Source: Thermodesulfovibrionales bacterium
Lineage (GTDB): Bacteria > Nitrospirota > Thermodesulfovibrionia > Thermodesulfovibrionales > SM23-35
Length of the DNA stretch: 16,573 nucleotides
Direction of reading: 5' to 3'
Assembly (NCBI GenBank): GCA_963715195.1
Contig: CAVQRT010000029.1
Location: 1-16,573 of the forward strand
Shown here: positions 5,625-14,820 of the stretch, piece by piece
Layout: each line of letters opens with the position of its first letter
Position numbering within the stretch: position 1 is the stretch's first letter
Program-made: the position numbers and the translations under genes
The notes under the pieces: model-generated
Told to the model about the DNA's origin: nothing
What the model saw: the letters and a program-made list of their open reading frames with translations, nothing else
Database searches by the model: none

Positions 5625-8107
5625 TAATTGCCAATGACTATATTAACCAGTTTTCCCTTAACGACGAGGACTTTCCGTATCTCTTTTTCACCGATTATTT
5701 CCTGAACCCTCCGGTCCGCGAGAGCGATCTTCTTTATATCATCATCCGGCATGCCGACTGATATCATAATTTTTGACCTGAGCTTCCCGTTCACCTGAAT
5801 TACGAGTTCTATCTCCTCTTCCGTGGCAGCTTCTTCATCCCATGCGGGCCATGGCTGCTCAGAAATGCTCGGCCAGTTTCCAATAGCCTCCCACAGCTCC
5901 TCGGCGATATGGGGAGAAAACGGTGAAAGCAGCAAAAGGAGCTGCTGCACTGCAAACCTCAATACCGACTGATCCTCTTCTGATGACGGATCAAAGGAAG
6001 CAATTTCATTCATCAGCTCCATCATTCCCGCTATCGCAGTATTGAAATGATACTCACGTTCGATGTCGGTTGTTACCTTTTTTATAGTCTGATGAGTTTT
6101 TTTGTACAGTGCCGATGCTGAAGGTTGCAGGTTGGAAATATCCTGGATTTTTGATTTAGCATTCTGGATTTTCGAATGGTTTTTGCGGACGACGCCCCAG
6201 AGTCTGTTCAAAAAACGGTATGCGCCGTCAACGCCTTTGTCGGCCCATTCGAGATCTTTTTCCGGCGGAGCGGCAAAAAGGGTAAACAACCGGGATGTAT
6301 CAGCTCCGTACCGATGTATCAGATAATTCGGATCAACAACATTCCCTTTGGATTTCGACATTTTTGCGCCATCTTTGATGACCATGCCCTGCGTCAGGAG
6401 GTTCTGAAACGGCTCGCTGATGTGAATGAGCCCCAAGTCACGGATCACCCGGGTAAAAAATCGGGAATAGAGCAGATGAAGCACAGCATGCTCGACACCC
6501 CCGATATACTGGTCAACAGGCATCCAGTGCTGTACCTCCGAGTCCTGACCCGTCATTTCGGATATGATGTCGATATCTCCCTGCGCAAGACAGTAACGGA
6601 TAAAGTACCAGGATGAATCAACAAAGGTATCCATGGTATCAGTCTCTCGCCGGGCTCTCCCCCCGCATTTCGGGCACGCCGCGTTCAAAAAAGCTGCCGA
6701 CTCAATGAGCGGTGAACTGCCTTTCCCGGTAATCGTTGCGTCTTCAGGCAGTACCACCGGCAGGTCTTTCTCCGGTACAGGAACAGTACCGCAGGTGTCG
6801 CAATATATGACCGGTATAGGAGTGCCCCAGTACCTTTGGCGGGAAATGCCCCAGTCCCTGAGCTTAAAATTTACGACTGCTTTCCCAAGCCCTTCTGCTT
6901 CAATGAACCGAATGATTTCTCGTTTTGCTCCGCCGCTGTTCATGCCGGTGAACATGCCTGAATCGACAAGGACGCCTTCATCTTCATAGGCCTCTTGAAG
7001 TTCCGAAAAGACATCTTCCCCCACCTTTCCCGATTGGGAGGAAGGGGCAGGAATGATAACCACTTTTACGGGCAATCCGTATTTTTTTGCGAACTCAAAG
7101 TCGCGCTGATCATGGGCCGGAACAGACATGATGGCTCCGGTCCCGTATTCCATCAGAACAAAGTTTGCAATATAGACAGGGATTCTCTTACCATTCAGCG
7201 GGTTGACGCAGTAATGGCCGGTGAATAATCCTATTTTTTCTGTGTCTTTCCCGTATTTGGCTTTTAAGGTTTCTACTGCCTCGGAATCGACGGTTAGCTG
7301 CTCGACGACCGGATGTTCAGGAGCGACACACATAAAGGTAACGCCAAAAAGGGTGTCAGGCCGTGTCGTAAAAATTCTTAGTTTCTCGCTTATCCCCTCG
7401 AGGGGAAATTCCACTTCAACGCCTTCTCCTTTCCCGATCCAGTTTTTCTGCATCAGGACCACTCTTTCAGGCCACCCCCGGAGTTCGTCGCACCCCTGCA
7501 ACAATTCTTCCGCATAATGCGTAATTTTAAAAAACCACTGCTCCAGTTTTTTCTGGATAACGATACTGTCACAACGCCAGCATTTTTCGTCGATAACCTG
7601 CTCATTGGCGAGCACGGTAGCACAGGAAGAACACCAGTTCACATAAGAATATTTCCTGTAGGCAAGACCTTTCTCGAGCATCTTCAGGAAAAACCATTGA
7701 TTCCAACGGTAGTATTCCGGCCGGCAGGTGGTGACTTCTCTTCCCCAGTCATAGCTGAGCCCCATCCGGTCGAGCTGTTTCTTCATATTCTCTATGTTCC
7801 GGCAGGTCCATGCGGAAGGATGCACGCCGTGTTTGATTGCAGCATTCTCAGCCGGCAACCCAAAGGCATCCCACCCCATCGGATGGAGGACAGTATATCC
7901 GCACATTCTTTTATAGCGCGCAATCACATCCCCTATGGCATAATTTCTGACATGACCCATGTGGATTTCTCCTGATGGATACGGGAACATTTCGAGGCAG
8001 TAGTACTTCTTCCGGGACGGGGATCTCTCCGTCTTATAAAGCTCCCTTTCCGACCAGTATTCCTGCCACTTTGATTCAACCGTTTGGGGATTGTATTTCT
8101 CTTCCAA
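5624..8107 (-). CDS. leuS: Leucine--tRNA ligase
   Basis: MFPYPSG..HMGH, FTTRPDT editing motif, KMSKS, QVNGKLR. TTG start with SD GAGGAGG at 8123-8117. Confidence 0.99.
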   Translation of the reverse strand: MEEKYNPQTVESKWQEYWSERELYKTERSPSRKKYYCLEMFPYPSGEIHMGHVRNYAIGDVIARYKRMCGYTVLHPMGWDAFGLPAENAAIKHGVHPSAWTCRNIENMKKQLDRMGLSYDWGREVTTCRPEYYRWNQWFFLKMLEKGLAYRKYSYVNWCSSCATVLANEQVIDEKCWRCDSIVIQKKLEQWFFKITHYAEELLQGCDELRGWPERVVLMQKNWIGKGEGVEVEFPLEGISEKLRIFTTRPDTLFGVTFMCVAPEHPVVEQLTVDSEAVETLKAKYGKDTEKIGLFTGHYCVNPLNGKRIPVYIANFVLMEYGTGAIMSVPAHDQRDFEFAKKYGLPVKVVIIPAPSSQSGKVGEDVFSELQEAYEDEGVLVDSGMFTGMNSGGAKREIIRFIEAEGLGKAVVNFKLRDWGISRQRYWGTPIPVIYCDTCGTVPVPEKDLPVVLPEDATITGKGSSPLIESAAFLNAACPKCGGRARRETDTMDTFVDSSWYFIRYCLAQGDIDIISEMTGQDSEVQHWMPVDQYIGGVEHAVLHLLYSRFFTRVIRDLGLIHISEPFQNLLTQGMVIKDGAKMSKSKGNVVDPNYLIHRYGADTSRLFTLFAAPPEKDLEWADKGVDGAYRFLNRLWGVVRKNHSKIQNAKSKIQDISNLQPSASALYKKTHQTIKKVTTDIEREYHFNTAIAGMMELMNEIASFDPSSEEDQSVLRFAVQQLLLLLSPFSPHIAEELWEAIGNWPSISEQPWPAWDEEAATEEEIELVIQVNGKLRSKIMISVGMPDDDIKKIALADRRVQEIIGEKEIRKVLVVKGKLVNIVIGN
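6117..6175. repeat. Heptamer tandem repeat tracts in-frame in leuS
   Basis: mRNA strand TCGAAAA TCCAGAA TGCTAAA TCAAAAA TCCAGGA tat TTCCAAC CTGCAAC CTTCAGC, encoding [20 protein letters not shown]. Confidence 0.75.
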
Positions 8108-8139
8108 AAACAGATTCCTCCTCTGATCACTCGAGCGGT

Positions 8140-8148
8140 ATTATATCA
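8140..8148 (-). promoter_or_regulatory. Internal extended -10 promoter for leuS-lptE-holA
   Basis: TGATATAAT on the minus strand, about 33 nt upstream of the leuS start. Confidence 0.6.
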
Positions 8149-8180
8149 AAAAGGGCACTGCAAAAAATGGGGAGATACGG

Positions 8181-9488
8181 TTACGCGGAAAGGTTCAACT
8201 GATAGGTGCTCCATTTTTGACAGGCAGCACACCTCCCCGACCATTCCGGTGAGGTATGCTGGCAATGACTGCAACGGTAAGACAGACTGAACGCACAGGC
8301 ATTTGACTCCAAAGCCTTTTTGTACTCATGCACAGCCTTGTCAATCTGATTTCGCTTAATATAGAGATTGCCGAGCAGTTGATGCATCTCCGGATACACA
8401 GCACTGCCGGTGTCGATCGAGGTCATTATTTCGAATGCGTCGTCGATCATTTCGAGCCGATAATACAGTCTCCCGAGGAAAAACTTGATAACCGGGTCCT
8501 GAGGGTTCTTTAATATATTATTTTTGTAGATTCTGATGAGTCTGAGCGGTTCACCGACACTGATCAGCAGGTCCTCAAGTCGCAGGAGAACGATCATGGA
8601 TGCAGTCTGCTCATGATTCTTTTCGAGAAGGTTGATCGCCTCCTCGTTCTCTCCTTCCCTCAGCAGGACCTCTGCAAGCCCCAGGGTCGCTGGAATAAAA
8701 TCTTTTTCGAGCCTGAGGACTGTCCTGAATGCCTTTTTTGCCTTTTCAAGGGTGCCGCTTTCGAGACTGTGCCTGCCGTACTCATATTTATACCCGACGA
8801 GATTCAGCCGCTCCCGGTTTTTATCCTTCTCGGTATGCTCATTCTTGAGAATGGTTTTCTGGATAAAGACAAGATCATCCCATTTTTCGAGACGTTCGAG
8901 AATATCTCTTTTTTTGTACAGGGCCGACAGGTTTTTATCGTCAATTTCGAGGATTTCCTCGATATATTTCAGGGCATTGGGCCATCGCCCCATCTTCTCC
9001 ATGAGTCTCTCAACGGAAAAGAGCACCTCGATATTTCTTGGATTGAGATCCCGCGCCCGCTCATAATTTTCGCGCGCCGTTTGAAAATCATCCTCAGAAA
9101 GCGCTATGTCCCCGAGTTGAAGCAGTGCGTTCAGATGCTCGGGGTCTTCACCCAACACTGCCTGAAAAAGTTCTTTGGCTTCAGGAATGTTGCGATGTGC
9201 AAACAGATGATTGAGGCCCTTCGCGTATAATTCCTGGATTTTTGCACCACGTTTCTGTTTTTTCTGGTACTGCAGATTACTGACGTATCGTTTAGTATCC
9301 CTCACGATAAAGACAAAAAGCATGGTAAGCGCACCGATTGCGATCGAGAGGAGAATGAGGGCTATGGTTGGTGTTTCATATGCGGTGCCGAACGGGATGG
9401 CAACGGTAGTGGATTGTTGATTATGGATAGCAAAAAGCGCAAGTATTGCCAGGAAGATGACGAAGATAAAAACCATCAGTTTACTCAT
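8181..9488 (-). CDS. LapA(DUF1049)-LapB-like fusion: two TM helices, TPR array, C-terminal rubredoxin-like CxxC..CxxC
   Basis: N-terminus LFAIHNQQSTTV..LILLSIAIGAL is LapA-like. Multiple TPRs follow, then YRCSHCQHTSPEWSGRCAACQKWST as in LapB. Confidence 0.8.
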   Translation of the reverse strand: MSKLMVFIFVIFLAILALFAIHNQQSTTVAIPFGTAYETPTIALILLSIAIGALTMLFVFIVRDTKRYVSNLQYQKKQKRGAKIQELYAKGLNHLFAHRNIPEAKELFQAVLGEDPEHLNALLQLGDIALSEDDFQTARENYERARDLNPRNIEVLFSVERLMEKMGRWPNALKYIEEILEIDDKNLSALYKKRDILERLEKWDDLVFIQKTILKNEHTEKDKNRERLNLVGYKYEYGRHSLESGTLEKAKKAFRTVLRLEKDFIPATLGLAEVLLREGENEEAINLLEKNHEQTASMIVLLRLEDLLISVGEPLRLIRIYKNNILKNPQDPVIKFFLGRLYYRLEMIDDAFEIMTSIDTGSAVYPEMHQLLGNLYIKRNQIDKAVHEYKKALESNACAFSLSYRCSHCQHTSPEWSGRCAACQKWSTYQLNLSA

Positions 9489-9499
9489 ACGCGGTTTCG

Positions 9500-9841
9500 T
9501 TAATCGATCTGTATTCTCTTAGCATCGATCCACAGCTTTTCTAATTCGTAGAATGCCCGTGTCTCCTCTTCAAAGATATGCACAATGATATCTCCGTAAT
9601 CCATAAGTACCCAATGGCAATACCGCAGTCCTTCGACTCTGAGGAGTCCGGCGCCTTGGGCTTTCAGTTTATCTTCGATATATTCTTCGATTGCTTTTAT
9701 CTGGGGGGTGCTCTCACCTGAACAGATTATGAAAAAATCAGCGATGGTAGTTATTCCCTGTAAATCGAGGATAACGACATCTTTTGCTTTCTTATCGAGT
9801 GCTGCCCTTGCCGCGACAAAGGCCTTATCTTTGCTTTCTAA
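9500..9841 (-). CDS. rsfS: Ribosome silencing factor RsfS (missing from ORF track; non-canonical start)
   Basis: Manual translation LESKDKAFVAARAALDKKAKDVVILDLQGITTIADFFIICSGESTPQIKAI..VEG..WVLMDYGDIIVHIFEEETRAFYELEKLW..*, in nadD-rsfS synteny. Confidence 0.95.
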   Translation of the reverse strand, partial: LESKDKAFVAARAALDKKAKDVVILDLQGITTIADFFIICSGESTPQIKAIEEYIEDKLKAQGAGLLRVEGLRYCHWVLMDYGDIIVHIFEEETRAFYELEKLWIDAKRIQID

Positions 9842-9868
9842 AGGTAATCCCTCCCTTCAATAAAAAAA

Positions 9869-9957
9869 TAAAATGAATAGGTAAAAGTGAAAAGCGAACA
9901 ATTAAAAGCAAAAAAAACACCAAACATGACAATGATTCAGTCTTAACTTTTAACTCT
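9869..9957. repeat. Paired, roughly complementary heptamer tracts in the nadD-rsfS spacer
   Basis: TAAAATG AATAGGT AAAAGTG AAAAGCG AACAATT AAAAGCA (9869-9910) and TCTTAAC TTTTAAC TCT (9941-9957). Confidence 0.7.
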
Positions 9958-9958
9958 T

Positions 9959-10612
9959 CTATGTGTAAAGCTTATGAGTAATTATATAGGATTGCACCTT
10001 GGGTGGCAACAGATATTTTATACTTTTCCCCTGCCTGAGAGAGAGGCGTATTTGGGTTGAGGATATACCTACAGGAGTTTGCCTGAGAAGAACGGCATAC
10101 CGCTCCGACTTCAATCTGATGACATTGGTTGTATTCCTGGCAAGGTCGACATCTCTCAAAAGCCTGATGCCCGTTTTCAGATAGGGAGATCCCCGCATCA
10201 TGCTGAACAAGAACCCCGGCCTGGAAAGGACAACGAAATCGGTCATTGAAACAAGTTGTTCCGGTCTCCACCAATGAGGGATGTCGAGAAATGCGTCGAT
10301 ACCGAGGATGAAGAAGAATCTTGTCCCCGGATGGATGTCACGTAAAGCTTCGAGGGTCTTTACCGTATATGCTTTACCGCGTTTCCTGCATTCTATGTCG
10401 GACAGCTCAAAAAAAGGATTTCCCAGCAGTGCTATCCTGAGCATCTCATACCTGTGTTTTGCCGGGACGATCTCCCTTGTCTTAAGAGGTGGTTTGCCTG
10501 AAGGTATGAAAAGGATCTTGTCAAGGCCGAGTTTTTCACGCACCTCTTCTGCAGCCCGCAGGTGGCCAAAATGTACCGGATTGAATGTCCCCCCAAAAAA
10601 TCCAACGTTCAT
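9959..10612 (-). CDS. nadD: Nicotinate-nucleotide adenylyltransferase
   Basis: GGTFNPVHFGH, YTVKTL, FILGID, W motif and ISSTQIR. Confidence 0.97.
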   Translation of the reverse strand: MNVGFFGGTFNPVHFGHLRAAEEVREKLGLDKILFIPSGKPPLKTREIVPAKHRYEMLRIALLGNPFFELSDIECRKRGKAYTVKTLEALRDIHPGTRFFFILGIDAFLDIPHWWRPEQLVSMTDFVVLSRPGFLFSMMRGSPYLKTGIRLLRDVDLARNTTNVIRLKSERYAVLLRQTPVGISSTQIRLSLRQGKSIKYLLPPKVQSYIITHKLYT

Positions 10613-10636
10613 CGGATACTTCCTCTATATAGATTA

Positions 10637-11893
10637 TTATTCCCTCAGTTGCCCATTCCCTAGCACAATAAACTTTGTGCAGGTTAATTCTTCGAGTCCC
10701 ATCGGCCCCCGTGCATGGATTTTGTCAGTAGAAATCCCGATCTCGGCGCCGAGTCCGAACTGAAACCCGTCGTTCAGTCGTGTTGAAGCATTAACAAAAA
10801 CTGCTGATGAATCAACCTCACGCAAAAATCTCATTGCACGCTCGTGGTTCATCGTCACGATGGAATCGGAATGTGCTGACCCGTATCTGGCGATGTGTTC
10901 TGTTGCCTCATCCATGTCACCAACAACCTTCACATTGAGGATCAGATCAAGATATTCGCGGTAAAAATCTTCCTCCTTCACTTCCGGTATGTTCGGATAG
11001 ATTGCAATCGTCTTCCGACAACCCCGCACTTCGACTCCTGCAGTCTCGAACCTTTTCAGCATGACCGGGAGGAATCCATCAGCAATAACCTCATCGACAA
11101 GCATTGTCTCCATCGCATTACACGTCCCCGGCCGCTGGACTTTTGCGTTGAAACATATTTCTTCCGCCATGATGAGATCAGCATCCTTATCCACAAAAAC
11201 ATGGCATACTCCCTTGTAATGCTTGAGAACCGGGATCCTTGAATTTTCTGTTACGGCTCTTATTAACGCCTCCCCGCCTCTCGGTATGATCAGATCAACG
11301 GTCCCCTCGAGCTTCAGCATCTCCATGATTGCCTCTCTGTCAGGAATGTCAATAAAGCTTATAGCACCGCGGTGAAGACCCTGTTTTTTTAACGCATCCC
11401 TCAGAACCTTTACTATGGCCTTATTTGAATGAAGGGCCTCAGATCCGCCCCTAAGGATGACCGCATTGCCTGCTTTCAGACAGAGTCCTGCGGCATCTGC
11501 CGTGACATTCGGGCGCGATTCATAGATAATTCCGATAACCCCGATTGGAACCCTCATCTTGCCGACATTCATTCCATTTGGCCTCTGCCACATTCCGGTA
11601 ATTTCACCGACGGGATCGGGCAGAGCCGCGACCTCTGCAAGCCCTTTTGCCATCTCATCAATCCGTTTTTCGTTTAATGTCAGCCGGTCTATGAGCGCTT
11701 TTGAAAGCCCTTTTCCTCTGGCGAACTGCACATCTTTTTTATTTGCGCTCATCAGTTCCTTTGCTTTTTTCTTCAGGGAGTCTGCCATTGTCATAAGAGC
11801 AGCATTCTTTTGACCGGATAGTGCCCGCGCAAGTCCCCGTGCACCCTCTTTCGCCTCCATTGCGATATCCATCACATACTGTTTTATGTCCAT
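10637..11893 (-). CDS. proA: Glutamate-5-semialdehyde dehydrogenase
   Basis: [61 protein letters not shown] at 11905-11899. Confidence 0.98.
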   Translation of the reverse strand: MDIKQYVMDIAMEAKEGARGLARALSGQKNAALMTMADSLKKKAKELMSANKKDVQFARGKGLSKALIDRLTLNEKRIDEMAKGLAEVAALPDPVGEITGMWQRPNGMNVGKMRVPIGVIGIIYESRPNVTADAAGLCLKAGNAVILRGGSEALHSNKAIVKVLRDALKKQGLHRGAISFIDIPDREAIMEMLKLEGTVDLIIPRGGEALIRAVTENSRIPVLKHYKGVCHVFVDKDADLIMAEEICFNAKVQRPGTCNAMETMLVDEVIADGFLPVMLKRFETAGVEVRGCRKTIAIYPNIPEVKEEDFYREYLDLILNVKVVGDMDEATEHIARYGSAHSDSIVTMNHERAMRFLREVDSSAVFVNASTRLNDGFQFGLGAEIGISTDKIHARGPMGLEELTCTKFIVLGNGQLRE

Positions 11894-11921
11894 AATTGCC
11901 TCCTCAGATGATATGCTACAG

Positions 11922-11990
11922 ATTATACCTGAAACCGGATCACTTTGAGAAAATCCACAGATTGACTTACCATTACCCTGCTTTTAAAAT
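11922..11990. promoter_or_regulatory. Divergent proA / mutL promoters
   Basis: Minus: TATAAT 11927-11922 (proA). Plus: TTGACT 11962-11967, 17 nt, TAAAAT 11985-11990 (mutL). Confidence 0.65.
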
Positions 11991-11995
11991 GTCAT

Positions 11996-13678
11996 ATGCC
12001 GCAGATCAGGATTCTCCCCGCTGATTTACGAAACAAAATTGCTGCCGGAGAGGTAATCGAAAGACCTGCATCTGTTGTGAAAGAGCTGATCGAAAATTCT
12101 CTTGATGCAGCAAGTACGGATATCCGTATTGAAGTCCTTTACGGGGGGAAGCGTCTCATAAAAGTATCGGACAACGGCACCGGCATGGATAAAGACGATG
12201 CACTCCTCTGTTTTCAGAGCCACGCCACAAGCAAACTAGCGAATGAAGATGATCTGTTCTCTATCAGGTCACTTGGCTTCAGGGGTGAGGCCCTTTCTTC
12301 GATCGCATCAGTTTCGAAAGTCACCCTTGTTACCGCACCGCAGGGGAATCCCCTTGGTGTATCTGTAGAACTCTCCGGCGGTATTGTAAGGGAAGTCAGG
12401 GATTCCCCTGCTCTCGGAACGACAATTGAGGTTAAGGACCTCTTCTTTAATACTCCGGCACGGAAGAAATTTCTGAAGTCGACAAGCACGGAGCTGTACC
12501 ATATCATCGACATAGTTACCAAAGAGTCCTTATCCCACTGGGATACCGCCTTCAGCCTTTTGATTGACCATAAAGAGACTCTCGATGCCGCGCCGTCGTC
12601 AGGCCCGAAAGAGCGGATCATGCAGATTTACGGAGAGGAGTTTGTGAAAGGGTTGAATGGTGTCCGGTCGCAAGCGGCGGGCATACAATGCATCGCCTAT
12701 GTATCGAGGAGCGCCAATTTCCGGAGCACAAAGTCCCATCAGTTCATCTTTCTGAACAAACGGCCGGTTAAGGATCAGGCTTTATCTCACGCAGTATACC
12801 GCGCCTATGAGGGGATTCTTCCCCATGACAAGCATCCGATCTTCTTTCTTTTTCTTGATGTGGACCCGTCAAGAGTTGATGTCAATGTTCATCCGGCAAA
12901 AAGGGAAGTCAGATTTCAGGATAAAGAGTTTGTATACCGGTTTGTTCATGATGCGATCAGAACGCCGGTAAGAGAAGAACGATCGGAATTTATCAGACCA
13001 TTTATGGAGACATCCACAACAACTGTGCCCGGGCACGTTGATGAGCATTCACCATTCAACACATCCCGAATTCCGCAACAGGAAATGACGGTTGCAGAAA
13101 ATCTCGAATTTATCTATACGCCGGCACTGCCCCATCTCTATCTCGGAGACACCTTTATAGCTCTTTCCGGGAAAGGGGGGCTGACCCTCATTGATCATCA
13201 CGCAGCCCATGAACGGATACTCTATGAGAAATTTCTGAAAGGGGTGCATCTGAATGCTCACCATCTCCTGTTCCCAAAACAGGTACAACTTTCACAAAGG
13301 GAATACCGGCTTATCCTCGGGCATACCGGTACGTTAAGGGATTTCGGGATAGATGCTGAGGATTTCGGACACAACACGATCATTATCCGGTCTCTCCCCG
13401 ATATTTTGCAGAATGCTGACATGCAGGGCATTCTCTCTGATATCGCCCGGTACCTCGCCGAAGGCATTTCTCCTGACAAACCTCTTAAAGAGACTCTTGC
13501 AGCAAAGATCGCATGCCACAGCTCTGTCCGCGGAAAGAAAATCTTGAATCAGGAGGAACTGTCAGCCCTGATAACTGATCTGGAGAAGACAGAGCATCCG
13601 GATCAGTGCCCGCACGGCAGGCCGACAAGGATTTTCTTTACGAAGGATGACTTGAAGAAGTTGTTCAAGAGGAAATAA
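11996..13678 (+). CDS. mutL: DNA mismatch repair endonuclease MutL
   Basis: IAAGEVIERPASVVKELIENSLDA, GFRGEAL, DVNVHPAKREVRF, and endonuclease motifs DHHAAHERILYE, ACH, CPHGRP. Confidence 0.98.
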   Translation: MPQIRILPADLRNKIAAGEVIERPASVVKELIENSLDAASTDIRIEVLYGGKRLIKVSDNGTGMDKDDALLCFQSHATSKLANEDDLFSIRSLGFRGEALSSIASVSKVTLVTAPQGNPLGVSVELSGGIVREVRDSPALGTTIEVKDLFFNTPARKKFLKSTSTELYHIIDIVTKESLSHWDTAFSLLIDHKETLDAAPSSGPKERIMQIYGEEFVKGLNGVRSQAAGIQCIAYVSRSANFRSTKSHQFIFLNKRPVKDQALSHAVYRAYEGILPHDKHPIFFLFLDVDPSRVDVNVHPAKREVRFQDKEFVYRFVHDAIRTPVREERSEFIRPFMETSTTTVPGHVDEHSPFNTSRIPQQEMTVAENLEFIYTPALPHLYLGDTFIALSGKGGLTLIDHHAAHERILYEKFLKGVHLNAHHLLFPKQVQLSQREYRLILGHTGTLRDFGIDAEDFGHNTIIIRSLPDILQNADMQGILSDIARYLAEGISPDKPLKETLAAKIACHSSVRGKKILNQEELSALITDLEKTEHPDQCPHGRPTRIFFTKDDLKKLFKRK

Positions 13679-13683
13679 AAAAC

Positions 13684-13741
13684 GATACAGGATACAAGAT
13701 ATATAGGGGTAACATCGAAGGCATCATGCATTCTGCACGAT
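13684..13741. repeat. Paired heptamer tracts in the mutL-miaA spacer
   Basis: GATACAG GATACAA GATATAT (13684-13704) and GCATCAT GCATTCT GCACGAT (13721-13741). The second tract runs into the miaA ATG. Confidence 0.75.
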
Positions 13742-14747
13742 GAATAAAGTCATCATTCTGCTCGGGCCTACAGGCGTTGGAAAAACCGGCGTTTCCCTCC
13801 TCCTTGCAAAAAACCTGAAGACAGAGATCATCAGTGCCGATTCCATGCAGATTTACCGGAATATGGATATCGGGACTGCCAAAGCATCTCCTGCGGAGAG
13901 GAAATGCGTTACGCATCACATGATCGATGTTGCAGAGCCGTGGGAGATGTTTAGTACCGGAAAGTATATTGCAGCAATGAAGCCGATTATTGAATATCTC
14001 CTTATGCAGGGGAAGATTCCGATTGTCGTGGGAGGAACAGGCCTGTATATCAGGGCAATGACGAGGGGTATTTTCAGTGGTCCATCTGCTGACTGGACAT
14101 TACGGGAGGAGCTCCTTACGATTGAACAGGAAGGACGGGGCACCTTGTATGATTCCTTAAAAATCCTCGACCCTGTTGCCGTTGAAAAAATAACACCGAA
14201 TGACACGCGAAGGCTTATACGGGCGCTGGAAGTATGCTTCAAGGGTCGTTCAAAGATTTCAGAACTGCAGAAAAGACTCACCCGGCCTCTGCCCTATGAC
14301 TTTATCAAGATCGGCATTACCCGTAAGAGAGAAGAACTGTACCGGTTGATTGAAGAGCGGGTAGATAAGATGATTGAGGCAGGACTGATAGAGGAAGTTA
14401 AGACCGTAATGAATTTGATGAGTGAGCATGCCCAGATTCAGGCTGCAGCAAGGAAGAAGCAAGATGAAAAAAATCAGGTATCGACGATCAGGGAACATGA
14501 ATATTCCACCCTGCCTTCATTCCAGGCTATAGGATACAAGGAAATTGTTCGCCATCTCCGGGGAGAATTCGGCCTGAGTGAGGCTATAAACCTTATCAAG
14601 AAAGCATCAAAAAGGTACGCCAAGAGGCAGTTTACCTGGTTCAGAAAAGAAGAGGATATCCGCTGGGTTGACATAACCGGGATAACAGATCCTCATGAGG
14701 TTCTCTGTAAGATCAATCCGGTTCTCGAAAAACTCTCCACATCCTAA
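13740..14747 (+). CDS. miaA: tRNA dimethylallyltransferase
   Basis: GPTGVGKT, DSMQIY..MDIGTAK, VGGTGLY, QAIGYKE, YAKRQFTWF. Confidence 0.98.
   Translation: MNKVIILLGPTGVGKTGVSLLLAKNLKTEIISADSMQIYRNMDIGTAKASPAERKCVTHHMIDVAEPWEMFSTGKYIAAMKPIIEYLLMQGKIPIVVGGTGLYIRAMTRGIFSGPSADWTLREELLTIEQEGRGTLYDSLKILDPVAVEKITPNDTRRLIRALEVCFKGRSKISELQKRLTRPLPYDFIKIGITRKREELYRLIEERVDKMIEAGLIEEVKTVMNLMSEHAQIQAAARKKQDEKNQVSTIREHEYSTLPSFQAIGYKEIVRHLRGEFGLSEAINLIKKASKRYAKRQFTWFRKEEDIRWVDITGITDPHEVLCKINPVLEKLSTS
14435..14502 (+). repeat. Degenerate paired heptamer tracts forming an in-frame insertion in miaA
   Basis: GATTCAG GCTGCAG CAAGGAA GAAGCAA GATGAAA (14435-14469), then AATCAGG TATCGAC GATCAGG GAACATG AAT (14472-14502). 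Confidence 0.6.
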
Positions 14748-14760
14748 AAATATACCAATC

Positions 14761-14789
14761 TTGCAATATTAAGAAAAATACTTTATGGT
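14761..14789 (+). promoter_or_regulatory. hfq promoter
   Basis: TTGCAA-N17-TATGGT. The ORF-track ATG 14785 falls inside the -10. Confidence 0.5.
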
Positions 14790-14820
14790 AAAAAAGAAAT
14801 ATAAAGAGGAGATGAAAACC

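Noticed and set aside
6535..6575. Possible third repeat relic in leuS ([10 protein letters not shown])
   Set aside because: Periodicity is too degenerate to support without orthologue alignment.
8165..8188. Possible 8-nt periodic tract (CCGCGTAA CCGTATCT CCCCATTT, minus strand)
   Set aside because: Only three weak units; could be chance.
6102..9420. Long plus-strand ORFs (e.g. 6176-6616, 7517-7975, 8613-9230)
   Set aside because: Antisense shadows of leuS and the TPR gene.
14785..14820. N-terminal extension of Hfq in the ORF track
   Set aside because: The ATG overlaps the predicted -10, and the SD points to ATG 14821.
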